A stretch of DNA of 64,000 bases from the human T2T-CHM13v2.0 reference genome, Homo sapiens (GCF_009914755.1 NC_060928.1); one strand, 5' to 3'. Shown: positions 52,730 to 64,000, numbered from the stretch's first letter. The notes: generated from the letters alone by a model not told the origin. Numbers and translations: made by a program.

Positions 52730-55700
52730 GTGGATATGTGGATAGCTCTGAAGATTTCGTTGGAAACGGGAATTTCTTCATATAAAATCAAACAGAAGCA
52801 TTCTCAGAAACTTCTCAGTGATGTTTGCATTCAGCTCATGGAGTTGAACACTTCCTTTCATAGAGCCGGTTTGAAACACTCTTTCTGCACTACCTGGAAG
52901 AGGACATTTCGAGCGCTTTGAGTCCTATGGTGAAAAAGGAAATATCTTCTCATAAAAACCAGAAAGAAGCATTCTCAGAAACTTCTTTGTGTTGTGTGTA
53001 CTCATGTAACAGTGTTGAACCATCCTTTTGACAGAGCAGTTTTGAAACACTCTTTTTGTAGAATCTGCAAGTGGATATTTGGATAGCTTTGAGGATTTCG
53101 TTGGAAACGGGATGACATATAATATCTAGAGAGAAGCATTCTCAGGAACTTCTTTGTGATGTTTGCATTCAAGTCACAGAATTGAACATTCCCTTTCATA
53201 GAGCAGGTTTGAAACACTCTTTCTCTAGTATCTGGAAGTGGGCATTTCAAGCGCTTTCAGGCCTATGGAGAGAAAGGAAATACCTTCAAATAAAAACTAG
53301 ACAGAAGCATTCTCAGAAACTTATTTGTGATGTGTGTCCTCAACTAACAGAGTTGAACCTTTGTTTTGATACAGCATTTTGGAAACACTCCTTTTGTAGA
53401 ATCTGCAGGTGGATATTTGGATAACTTTGAAGATTTCGTTGGAAACCGGAATATCTTCATATAAAATCAAGACAGAAGCATTCTCGGAAACATCTCTGTG
53501 ATGTTTGCATTCAACTCAGTAGAGTTGAACACTTCCTTTCATAGAGCAGGTTTGAAACACTCTTTCTGCACTACCTGGAAGCGGACATTTCGAGCGCTTT
53601 GAGGCCTATGGTGAAAAAGGAAATAGCTTCTCATAAAAACCAGAAAGAAGCATTCTCAGAAACTTCTTTGTGTTGTGTGTACTCAAGTAACAGTGTTGAA
53701 CCTTCCTTTTGACACAGCAGTTTTGAAACACTCTTTTGGTAGAATCTGCAAGTGGATATTTGGATAGCTTTGAGGATTTCTTTGGAAACGGGTTATCTTC
53801 ATATAAAATCCAGACAGGAGCATTCTCAGAAACTTCTTTGTGCTGCATGTCCTCAATTCACAGAGCTGAACCTTTGTTTGGATACAGCATTTTGGAAACA
53901 TTCCTTTAGTAGAATCTGCAAGTTGATATTTAGATAGCTTTGAAGATTTCGTTGGAAACGGGAATATCTTCATAGAAAATCTAGACGGAAGCATTCTCAG
54001 AAACTGCTTTGTGATGTTTGCATTCAAGTCACAGAGTTGAATATTCCCTTTTATAGAGTAGGTTTGAAACACTCTTTCGGCACTACCTGGAAGTGGATAT
54101 TTCGAGCTCTTTGAGGCCTATGGTTAAAAGGAAATATCTTCCCATAAAAACTAGACAGAAGCCGTCTCAGAAACTTGTTTGTGATGTGTGTATTCAACTA
54201 CCAGAGTTGAACATTTCTGTTACAGAGCAATTTTAAAACACTCTTTTTGTGGAATCTGAAAGTGGATAATTGGATAGCTTTGTGGATTTCGTTGGAAACG
54301 GGATGACGTATAAAATCTAGAGAGAAGCATTCTCAGGAACTTCTTTCTGATGTTTGCATTCAAGTCACAGAATTGAACATTCCTTTTCATAGTGCAGGTT
54401 TGAAACACTCTTTCTGTAGTATCTGGAAGTGGACATTTCAAGCGCTTTCAGGCCTACGGGGAGAAAGGAAATATCTTCAAATAAAAACTAGACAGAAGGA
54501 TTCTCAGAAACTTATTTGTGATGTGTGTCCTAAACGAACACAGTTGAACCTTTGTTTTGATACAGCATTTTGGAAACACTCCTTTTGTAGGATCTGCACG
54601 TGGATATTTGGATAGATTTTAAGATTTCGTTGGAAACGGGAGTTTCTTCATAGAAACTCAAGACAGATGCATTCTCAGAAACATCTCTGTGATGTTTGCA
54701 TTCCACTCATAGAGTTGAAAACTTCCTTTCATAGAGCAGGTTTGAAACACTCTTTTTGTAATATTTGGAAGTGGACATTTGCAGTGCTTTGAGGCCTATG
54801 GTGAAAAAGGAAATATCTTCTCATAAAAACCAGAAACAAGCATTCTCAGAAACTTCTTTTTGATGTGTGTACTCAAGTAACAGAGTTGAACCTTCCTTTT
54901 GACACAGCAGTTTTGAAACAATCTTTTTGTAGAATCTGCAAGTGGATATTTGGATAGCTTTGAGGATTTCGTTGGAAACGGGATATCTTCATATAAAATC
55001 TAGACAGAAGCATTCTCAGAAACTTCTTTGTGCTGTATGCCCTCAATTAACAGAGTTGAACCATTGCTTGGATACAGCATTTTGGAAACATTCCTTGAGT
55101 AGAATCTGCAAGTTGATATTTAGATAGATTTGAAGATTTCGTTGGAAAAGGGAATATCTCCATATAAAATCTAGAGGGAAGCATTCTCAGAAACTGCTTT
55201 GTGATGTTTCCATTCAAGTCACAGAGTTGAATATTCCCTTTTATAGAGCACGTTTGAAACACTCTTTCTGCACTATCTGGAAGTGGACATTTCGAGCGCT
55301 TTGAGGCCTATGGTGAAAAAGGAAATATCTTCCCATAAAAACTAGACAGAAGCATTCTCAGAAACTTGTTTGTGATGTGTGTATTCAACTAACAGAGTTG
55401 AACTTTTGTTTTTACAGAGCCGTTTTAAAACACTCTTTGTGGAATCAGAAAGTGGATATTCGGATGGCTCTGAGGATTTCGTTGGAAGCGGGATTACATA
55501 TAAAATCTAGAGAGAAGCATTCTCAGGAACTTCTTTGTGATGTTTGCATTGAAGTCACAGAATTGAACATTCACTTTGATAGAGCAGGTTTGAAACACTC
55601 ATTCTGTAGTATCTGGAAGTGGACATTTCAAGCGCTTTCAGGCCTATGGTGAGAAAGGAAATATCTTCGAATAAAAACTAGACAGAAGCATCCTCAGAAA

Positions 55701-55959
55701 CTTATTTGTGATGTGTGTCCTCAACTAACAGAGTTGAAACTTTGTTTTGATACAGCATTTTGGAAACACTCTTTTTGTAGAATCTGCAGGTGGATATTTG
55801 GATAGCTTAGAGGGATTCGTTGGAAAGGGGATATCTTCATATAAAATCTAGACAGAAGCATTCTCAGAAACTTATTTGTGATGTGTGTCCTCAACTAACA
55901 GAGTTGAACCTTGGTTTTGATACAGCATTTTGGAAACGCTCCTTTTGTAGAATCTGCAG
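52730..55959 (+). repeat. 19-mer HOR with a 2 bp deletion (3230 bp)
   Basis: All 19 monomers present; CACTCTTTGTGG at 55431-55442 versus CACTCTTTTTGTGG in other m16 copies. Confidence 0.93.
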
Positions 55960-58900
55960 GTGGATATGTGGATAGCTCTGAAGATTTCGTTGGAAACGGG
56001 AATTTCTTCATATAAAATCAAACAGAAGCATTCTCAGAAACTTCTCAGTGATGTTTGCATTCAGCTCATGGAGTTGAACACTTCCTTTCATAGAGCCGGT
56101 TTGAAACACTCTTTCTGCACTACCTGGAAGAGGACATTTCGAGCGCTTTGAGTCCTATGGTGAAAAAGGAAATATCTTCTCATAAAAACCAGAAAGAAGC
56201 ATTCTCAGAAACTTCTTTGTGTTGTGTGTACTCATGTAACAGTGTTGAACCATCCTTTTGACAGAGCAGTTTTGAAACACTCTTTTTGTAGAATCTGCAA
56301 GTGGATATTTGGATAGCTTTGAGGATTTCGTTGGAAACGGGATGACATATAATATCTAGAGAGAAGCATTCTCAGGAACTTCTTTGTGATGTTTGCATTC
56401 AAGTCACAGAATTGAACATTCCCTTTCATAGAGCAGGTTTGAAACACTCTTTCTCTAGTATCTGGAAGTGGGCATTTCAAGCGCTTTCAGGCCTATGGAG
56501 AGAAAGGAAATACCTTCAAATAAAAACTAGACAGAAGCATTCTCAGAAACTTATTTGTGATGTGTGTCCTCAACTAACAGAGTTGAACCTTTGTTTTGAT
56601 ACAGCATTTTGGAAACACTCCTTTTGTAGAATCTGCAGGTGGATATTTGGATAACTTTGAAGATTTCGTTGGAAACCGGAATATCTTCATATAAAATCAA
56701 GACAGAAGCATTCTCGGAAACATCTCTGTGATGTTTGCATTCAACTCAGTAGAGTTGAACACTTCCTTTCATAGAGCCGGTTTGAAACACTCTTTCTGCA
56801 CTACCTGGAAGCGGACATTTCGAGCGCTTTGAGGCCTATGGTGAAAAAGGAAATATCTTCTCATAAAAACCAGAAAGAAGCATTCTCAGAAACTTCTTTG
56901 TGTTGTGTGTACTCAAGTAACAGTGTTGAACCTTCCTTTTGACACAGCAGTTTTGAAACACTCTTTTGGTAGAATCTGCAAGTGGATATTTGGATAGCTT
57001 TGAGGATTTCGTTGGAAACGGGTTATCTTCATATAAAATCCAGACAGGAGCATTCTCAGAAACTTCTTTGTGCTGCATGTCCTCAATTCACAGAGCTGAA
57101 CCTTTGTTTGGATACAGCATTTTGGAAACATTCCTTTAGTAGAATCTGCAAGTTGATATTTAGATAGCTTTGAAGATTTCGTTGGAAACGGGAATATCTT
57201 CATAGAAAATCTAGACGGAAGCATTCTCAGAAACTGCTTTGTGATGTTTGCATTCAAGTCACAGAGTTGAATATTCCCTTTTATAGAGTAGGTTTGAAAC
57301 ACTCTTTTGGCACTACCTGGAAGTGGATATTTCGAGCTCTTTGAGGCCTATGGTTAAAAGGAAATATCTTCCCATAAAAACTAGACAGAAGCCGTCTCAG
57401 AAACTTGTTTGTGATGTGTGTATTCAACTAACAGAGTTGAACATTTCTGTTACAGAGCAATTTTAAAACACTCTTTTTGTGGAATCTGAAAGTGGATAAT
57501 TGGATAGCTTTGTGGATTTCGTTGGAAACGGGATGACGTATAAAATCTAGAGAGAAGCATTCTCAGGAACTTCTTTCTGATGTTTGCATTCAAGTCACAG
57601 AATTGAACATTCCTTTTCATAGTGCAGGTTTGAAACACTCTTTCTGTAGTATCTGGAAGTGGACATTTCAAGCGCTTTCAGGCCTACGGGGAGAAAGGAA
57701 ATATCTTCAAATAAAAACTAGACAGAAGGATTCTCAGAAACTTATTTGTGATGTGTGTCCTAAACGAACACAGTTGAACCTTTGTTTTGATACAGCATTT
57801 TGGAAACACTCCTTTTGTAGGATCTGCAGGTGGATATTTGGATAGATTTTAAGATTTCGTTGGAAACGGGAGTTTCTTCATAGAAACTCAAGACAGATGC
57901 ATTCTCAGAAACATCTCTGTGATGTTTGCATTCCACTCATAGAGTTGAAAACTTCCTTTCATAGAGCAGGTTTGAAACACTCTTTTTGTAATATTTGGAA
58001 GTGGACATTTGCAGCGCTTTGAGGCCTATGGTGAAAAAGGAAATAGCTTCTCATAAAAACCAGAAAGAAGCATTCTCAGAAACTTCTTTGTGTTGTGTGT
58101 ACTCAAGTAACAGTGTTGAACCTCCCTTTTGACAGAGCAGTTTTGAAACACTCTTTTGGTAGAATCTGCAAGTGGATATTTGGATAGCTTTGAGGATTTC
58201 GTTGGAAACGGGTTATCTTCATATAAAATCCAGACAGCAGCATTCTCAGAAACTTCTTTGTGCTGCATGTCCTCAATTCACAGAGCTGAACCTTTGTTTG
58301 GATACAGCATTTTGGAAACATTCCTTTAGTAGAATCTGCAAGTTGATATTTAGATAGCTTTGAAGATTTCGTTGGAAACGGGAATATCTTCATAGAAAAT
58401 CTAGACGGAAGCATTCTCAGAAACTGCTTTGTGATGTTTGCATTCAAGTCACAGAGTTGAATATTCCCTTTTATAGAGTAGGTTTGAAACACTCTTTTGG
58501 CACTACCTGGAAGTGGATATTTCGAGCTCTTTGAGGCCTATGGTTAAAAGGAAATATCTTCCCATAAAAACTAGACAGAAGCCGTCTCAGAAACTTGTTT
58601 GTGATGTGTGTATTCAACTAACAGAGTTGAACATTTCTGTTACAGAGCAATTTTAAAACACTCTTTTTGTGGAATCTGAAAGTGGATAATTGGATAGCTT
58701 TGTGGATTTCGTTGGAAACGGGATGACGTATAAAATCTAGAGAGAAGCATTCTCAGGAACTTCTTTCTGATGTTTGCATTCAAGTCACAGAATTGAACAT
58801 TCCCTTTCATAGAGCAGGTTTGAAACACTCTTTCTCTAGTATCTGGAAGTGGGCATTTCAAGCGCTTTCAGGCCTATGGAGAGAAAGGAAATACCTTCAA

Positions 58901-60381
58901 ATAAAAACTAGACAGAAGCATTCTCAGAAACTTATTTGTGATGTGTGTCCTCAACTAACAGAGTTGAACCTTTGTTTTGATACAGCATTTTGGAAACACT
59001 CCTTTTGTAGGATCTGCAGGTGGATATTTGGATAGATTTTAAGATTTCGTTGGAAACGGGAGTTTCTTCATAGAAACTCAAGACAGATGCATTCTCAGAA
59101 ACATCTCTGTGATGTTTGCATTCCACTCATAGAGTTGAAAACTTCCTTTCATAGAGCAGGTTTGAAACACTCTTTTTGTAATATTTGGAAGTGGACATTT
59201 GCAGCGCTTTGAGGCCTATGGTGAAAAAGGAAATATCTTCTCATAAAAACCAGAAACAAGCATTCTCAGAAACTTCTTTTTGATGTGTGTACTCAAGTAA
59301 CAGAGTTGAACCTTCCTTTTGACACAGCAGTTTTGAAACAATCTTTTTGTAGAATCTGCAAGTGGATATTTGGATAGCTTTGAGGATTTCGTTGGAAACG
59401 GGATATCTTCATATAAAATCTAGACAGAAGCATTCTCAGAAACTTCTTTCTGCTGTATGTCCTCAATTAACAGAGTTGAACCATTGCTTGGATACAGCAT
59501 TTTGGAAACATTCCTTGAGTAGAATCTGCAAGTTGATATTTAGATAGATTTGAAGATTTCGTTGGAAAAGGGAATATCTCCATATAAAATCTAGAGGGAA
59601 GCATTCTCAGAAACTGCTTTGTGATGTTTCCATTCAAGTCACAGAGTTGAATATTCCCTTTTATAGAGCACGTTTGAAACACTCTTTCTGCACTATCTGG
59701 AAGTGGACATTTCGAGCGCTTTGAGGCCTATGGTGAAAAAGGAAATATCTTCCCATAAAAACTAGACAGAAGCATTCTCAGAAACTTGTTTGTGATGTGT
59801 GTATTCAACTAACAGAGTTGAACTTTTGTTTTTACAGAGCCGTTTTAAAACACTCTTTTTGTGGAATCAGAAAGTGGATATTCGGATGGCTCTGAGGATT
59901 TCGTTGGAAGCGGGATTACATATAAAATCTAGAGAGAAGCATTCTCAGGAACTTCTTTGTGATGTTTGCATTGAAGTCACAGAATTGAACATTCACTTTG
60001 ATAGAGCAGGTTTGAAACACTCATTCTGTAGTATCTGGAAGTGGACATTTCAAGCGCTTTCAGGCCTATGGTGAGAAAGGAAATATCTTCGAATAAAAAC
60101 TAGACAGAAGCATCCTCAGAAACTTATTTGTGATGTGTGTCCTCAACTAACAGAGTTGAAACTTTGTTTTGATACAGCATTTTGGAAACACTCTTTTTGT
60201 AGAATCTGCAGGTGGATATTTGGATAGCTTAGAGGGATTCGTTGGAAAGGGGATATCTTCATATAAAATCTAGACAGAAGCATTCTCAGAAACTTATTTG
60301 TGATGTGTGTCCTCAACTAACAGAGTTGAACCTTGGTTTTGATACAGCATTTTGGAAACACTCCTTTTGTAGAATCTGCAG
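55960..60381 (+). repeat. 26-mer HOR variant (4422 bp): 19-mer plus a second copy of m6-m12
   Basis: m6-m12 (~56880-58070) is followed by m6-m12 again (~58070-59260), offset 1190 bp, then m13-m19. Confidence 0.93.
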
Positions 60382-63300
60382 GTGGATATGTGGATAGCTC
60401 TGAAGATTTCGTTGGAAACGGGAATTTCTTCATATAAAATCAAACAGAAGCATTCTCAGAAACTTCTCAGTGATGTTTGCATTCAGCTCATGGAGTTGAA
60501 CACTTCCTTTCATAGAGCCGGTTTGAAACACTCTTTCTGCACTACCTGGAAGAGGACATTTCGAGCGCTTTGAGTCCTATGGTGAAAAAGGAAATATCTT
60601 CTCATAAAAACCAGAAAGAAGCATTCTCAGAAACTTCTTTGTGTTGTGTGTACTCATGTAACAGTGTTGAACCATCCTTTTGACAGAGCAGTTTTGAAAC
60701 ACTCTTTTTGTAGAATCTGCAAGTGGATATTTGGATAGCTTTGAGGATTTCGTTGGAAACGGGATGACATATAATATCTAGAGAGAAGCATACTCAGGAA
60801 CTTCTTTGTGATGTTTGCATTCAAGTCACAGAATTGAACATTCCCTTTCATAGAGCAGGTTTGAAACACTCTTTCTCTAGTATCTGGAAGTGGGCATTTC
60901 AAGCGCTTTCAGGCCTATGGAGAGAAAGGAAATACCTTCAAATAAAAACTAGACAGAAGCATTCTCAGAAACTTATTTGTGATGTGTGTCCTCAACTAAC
61001 AGAGTTGAACCTTTGTTTTGATACAGCATTTTGGAAACACTCCTTTTGTAGAATCTGCAGGTGGATATTTGGATAACTTTGAAGATTTCGTTGGAAACCG
61101 GAATATCTTCATATAAAATCAAGACAGAAGCATTCTCGGAAACATCTCTGTGATGTTTGCATTCAGCTCAGTAGAGTTGAACACTTCCTTTCATAGAGCA
61201 GGTTTGAAACACTCTTTCTGCACTACCTGGAAGCGGACATTTCGAGCGCTTTGAGGCCTATGGTGAAAAAGGAAATATCTTCTCATAAAAACCAGAAAGA
61301 AGCATTCTCAGAAACTTCTTTGTGTTGTGTGTACTCAAGTAACAGTGTTGAACCTTCCTTTTGACACAGCAGTTTTGAAACACTCTTTTGGTAGAATCTG
61401 CAAGTGGATATTTGGATAGCTTTGAGGATTTCGTTGGAAACGGGTTATCTTCATATAAAATCCAGACAGGAGCATTCTCAGAAACTTCTTTGTGCTGCAT
61501 GTCCTCAATTCACAGAGCTGAACCTTTGTTTGGATACAGCATTTTGGAAACATTCCTTTAGTAGAATCTGCAAGTTGATATTTAGATAGCTTTGAAGATT
61601 TCGTTGGAAACGGGAATATCTTCATAGAAAATCTAGACGGAAGCATTCTCAGAAACTGCTTTGTGATGTTTGCATTCAAGTCACAGAGTTGAATATTCCC
61701 TTTTATAGAGTAGGTTTGAAACACTCTTTTGGCACTACCTGGAAGTGGATATTTCGAGCTCTTTGAGGCCTATGGTTAAAAGGAAATATCTTCCCATAAA
61801 AACTAGACAGAAGCCGTCTCAGAAACTTGTTTGTGATGTGTGTATTCAACTAACAGAGTTGAACATTTCTGTTACAGAGCAATTTTAAAACACTCTTTTT
61901 GTGGAATCTGAAAGTGGATAATTGGATAGCTTTGTGGATTTCGTTGGAAACGGGATGACGTATAAAATCTAGAGAGAAGCATTCTCAGGAACTTCTTTGT
62001 GATGTTTGCATTCAAGTCACAGAATTGAACATTCCCTTTCATAGAGCAGGTTTGAAACACTCTTTCTGTAGTATCTGGAAGTGGGCATTTCAAGCGCTTT
62101 CAGGCCTACGGGGAGAAAGGAAATATCTTCAAATAAAAACTAGACAGAAGGATTCTCAGAAACTTATTTGTGATGTGTGTCCTAAACGAACACAGTTGAA
62201 CCTTTGTTTTGATACAGCATTTTGGAAACACTCCTTTTGTAGGATCTGCACGTGGATATTTGGATAGATTTTAAGATTTCGTTGGAAACGGGAGTTTCTT
62301 CATAGAAACTCAAGACAGATGCATTCTCAGAAACATCTCTGTGATGTTTGCATTCCACTCATAGAGTTGAAAACTTCCTTTCATAGAGCAGGTTTGAAAC
62401 ACTCTTTTTGTAATATTTGGAAGTGGACATTTGCAGCGCTTTGAGGCCTATGGTGAAAAAGGAAATATCTTCTCATAAAAACCAGAAACAAGCATTCTCA
62501 GAAACTTCTTTTTGATGTGTGTACTCAAGTAACAGAGTTGAACCTTCCTTTTGACACAGCAGTTTTGAAACAATCTTTTTGTAGAATCTGCAAGTGGATA
62601 TTTGGATAGCTTTGAGGATTTCGTTGGAAACGGGATATCTTCATATAAAATCTAGACAGAAGCATTCTCAGAAACTTCTTTGTGCTGTATGTCCTCAATT
62701 AACAGAGTTGAACCATTGCTTGGATACAGCATTTTGGAAACATTCCTTGAGTAGAATCTGCAAGTTGATATTTAGATAGATTTGAAGATTTCGTTGGAAA
62801 AGGGAATATCTCCATATAAAATCTAGAGGGAAGCATTCTCAGAAACTGCTTTGTGATGTTTCCATTCAAGTCACAGAGTTGAATATTCCCTTTTATAGAG
62901 CACGTTTGAAACACTCTTTCTGCACTATCTGGAAGTGGACATTTCGAGCGCTTTGAGGCCTATGGTGAAAAAGGAAATATCTTCCCATAAAAACTAGACA
63001 GAAGCATTCTCAGAAACTTGTTTGTGATGTGTGTATTCAACTAACAGAGTTGAACTTTTGTTTTTACAGAGCCGTTTTAAAACACTCTTTTTGTGGAATC
63101 AGAAAGTGGATATTCGGATGGCTCTGAGGATTTCGTTGGAAGCGGGATTACATATAAAATCTAGAGAGAAGCATTCTCAGGAACTTCTTTGTGATGTTTG
63201 CATTGAAGTCACAGAATTGAACATTCACTTTGATAGAGCAGGTTTGAAACACTCATTCTGTAGTATCTGGAAGTGGACATTTCAAGCGCTTTCAGGCCTA

Positions 63301-63613
63301 TGGTGAGAAAGGAAATATCTTCGAATAAAAACTAGACAGAAGCATCCTCAGAAACTTATTTGTGATGTGTGTCCTCAACTAACAGAGTTGAAACTTTGTT
63401 TTGATACAGCATTTTGGAAACACTCTTTTTGTAGAATCTGCAGGTGGATATTTGGATAGCTTAGAGGGATTCGTTGGAAAGGGGATATCCTCATATAAAA
63501 TCTAGACAGAAGCATTCTCAGAAACTTATTTGTGATGTGTGTCCTCAACTAACAGAGTTGAACCTTGGTTTTGATACAGCATTTTGGAAACACTCCTTTT
63601 GTAGAATCTGCAG
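60382..63613 (+). repeat. D4Z1: Full-length 19-mer HOR, 3232 bp; likely human chr4 D4Z1 (S2C4H1L, SF2)
   Basis: Landmark spacing 63614-60382=3232 bp with all 19 distinguishable monomers present. A ~3.2 kb 19-mer is the known D4Z1 unit. Chromosome assignment is from recall of HOR size and structure, not alignment. Confidence 0.8.
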
Positions 63614-64000
63614 GTGGATATGTGGATAGCTCTGAAGATTTCGTTGGAAACGGGAATTTCTTCATATAAAATCAAACAGAAGCATTCTCAGAAACTTCTC
63701 AGTGATGTTTGCATTCAGCTCATGGAGTTGAACACTTCCTTTCATAGAGCCGGTTTGAAACACTCTTTCTGCACTACCTGGAAGAGGACATTTCGAGCGC
63801 TTTGAGTCCTATGGTGAGAAAGGAAATATCTTCTCATAAAAACCAGAAAGAAGCATTCTCAGAAACTTCTTTGTGTTGTGTGTACTCATGTAACAGTGTT
63901 GAACCATCCTTTTGACAGAGCAGTTTTGAAACACTCTTTTTGTAGAATCTGCAAGTGGATATTTGGATAGCTTTGAGGATTTCGTTGGAAATGGGATGAC
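63614..64000 (+). repeat. Partial HOR (end of m19, m1, most of m2) truncated by the window edge
   Basis: Landmark at 63614; sequence collinear with 183-569. Confidence 0.95.

Larger units (their letters stand above)
1..64000 (+). repeat. Centromeric alpha-satellite HOR array (~170 bp monomers, head-to-tail, single orientation)
   Basis: Hallmark alphoid motifs CATTCTCAGAAACT, GAGTTGAAC, TTTGAAACACTCTTT and TTCGTTGGAAACGGGA recur every ~166-171 bp from first to last base. HOR copies are near-identical while adjacent monomers are clearly diverged. Confidence 0.99.

Noticed and set aside
54597-54602. SNV creating the E-box CACGTG (also 62249-62254)
   Set aside because: A 6 bp motif arising from one substitution has no supportable function. 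It serves only as a marker shared by the two 19-mers.
183-63805. About 200 short ORFs (61-129 aa) on both strands, e.g. MDMWIALK..., MFQTYSIK...
   Set aside because: They are chance open frames in alpha satellite, repeat with the HOR period, mostly start at GTG/TTG on the + strand, and resemble no real protein family. Database proteins with such sequence are typically spurious satellite translations.
1-64000. CRISPR-like repeat/spacer appearance of recurring motifs such as CATTCTCAGAAACT and TTCGTTGGAAAC
   Set aside because: The intervening sequences are homologous ~170 bp monomers, not unique spacers, and there are no cas genes or leader.
1-64000. Transposon insertion (L1/Alu), inversion or non-satellite island
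   Set aside because: All landmark spacings are whole multiples of the monomer length. I saw no poly(A) tail, target-site duplication or reverse-orientation monomers.

Overview
The whole 64 kb window is one uninterrupted, same-orientation array of ~170 bp primate alpha-satellite monomers organised as higher-order repeats (HORs). It is centromeric DNA. I see no genes, transposon insertions or inversions, and the ORF track is an artefact of the repeat. The full-length unit is a 19-monomer, 3232 bp HOR (intact copy 60382-63613). That size and the largely alternating CENP-B-box/no-box monomer pattern fit the human chromosome 4 live array D4Z1 (S2C4H1L, suprachromosomal family 2); this assignment is from recall, not a database search. 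HOR copies were phased on the unique landmark GTGGATATGTGGATAGCTCTG at 183, 3245, 6307, 8177, 10218, 12259, 15321, 17191, 19232, 21273, 24335, 26205, 28246, 30966, 33686, 36406, 39126, 41846, 44566, 47290, 50010, 52730, 55960, 60382 and 63614. Unit sizes in monomers are 18,18,11,12,12,18,11,12,12,18,11,12,16,16,16,16,16,16,16*,16,16,19,26,19, so only 2 of 24 complete units are 19-mers. The window has three domains. The left domain is a 9014 bp (18+11+12+12) super-repeat. The middle domain is a 16-mer block with a hidden three-HOR (8160/8164 bp) period visible only in SNVs. The right domain is 19/26/19. The 19-mer itself decomposes as 4+7+8 paralogous monomers, and most variant junctions and gene-conversion-like patches follow that old paralogy. 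Monomer numbers m1-m19 are my own (m1 starts at ~251, m2 ~422, m3 ~588, m4 ~759, m5 ~930, m6 ~1101, m7 ~1271, m8 ~1443, m9 ~1612, m10 ~1779, m11 ~1950, m12 ~2120, m13 ~2291, m14 ~2461, m15 ~2632, m16 ~2803, m17 ~2970, m18 ~3141, m19 ~81) and may differ from published numbering. I found no evidence of a new gene system; the interest lies in the nested repeat architecture.
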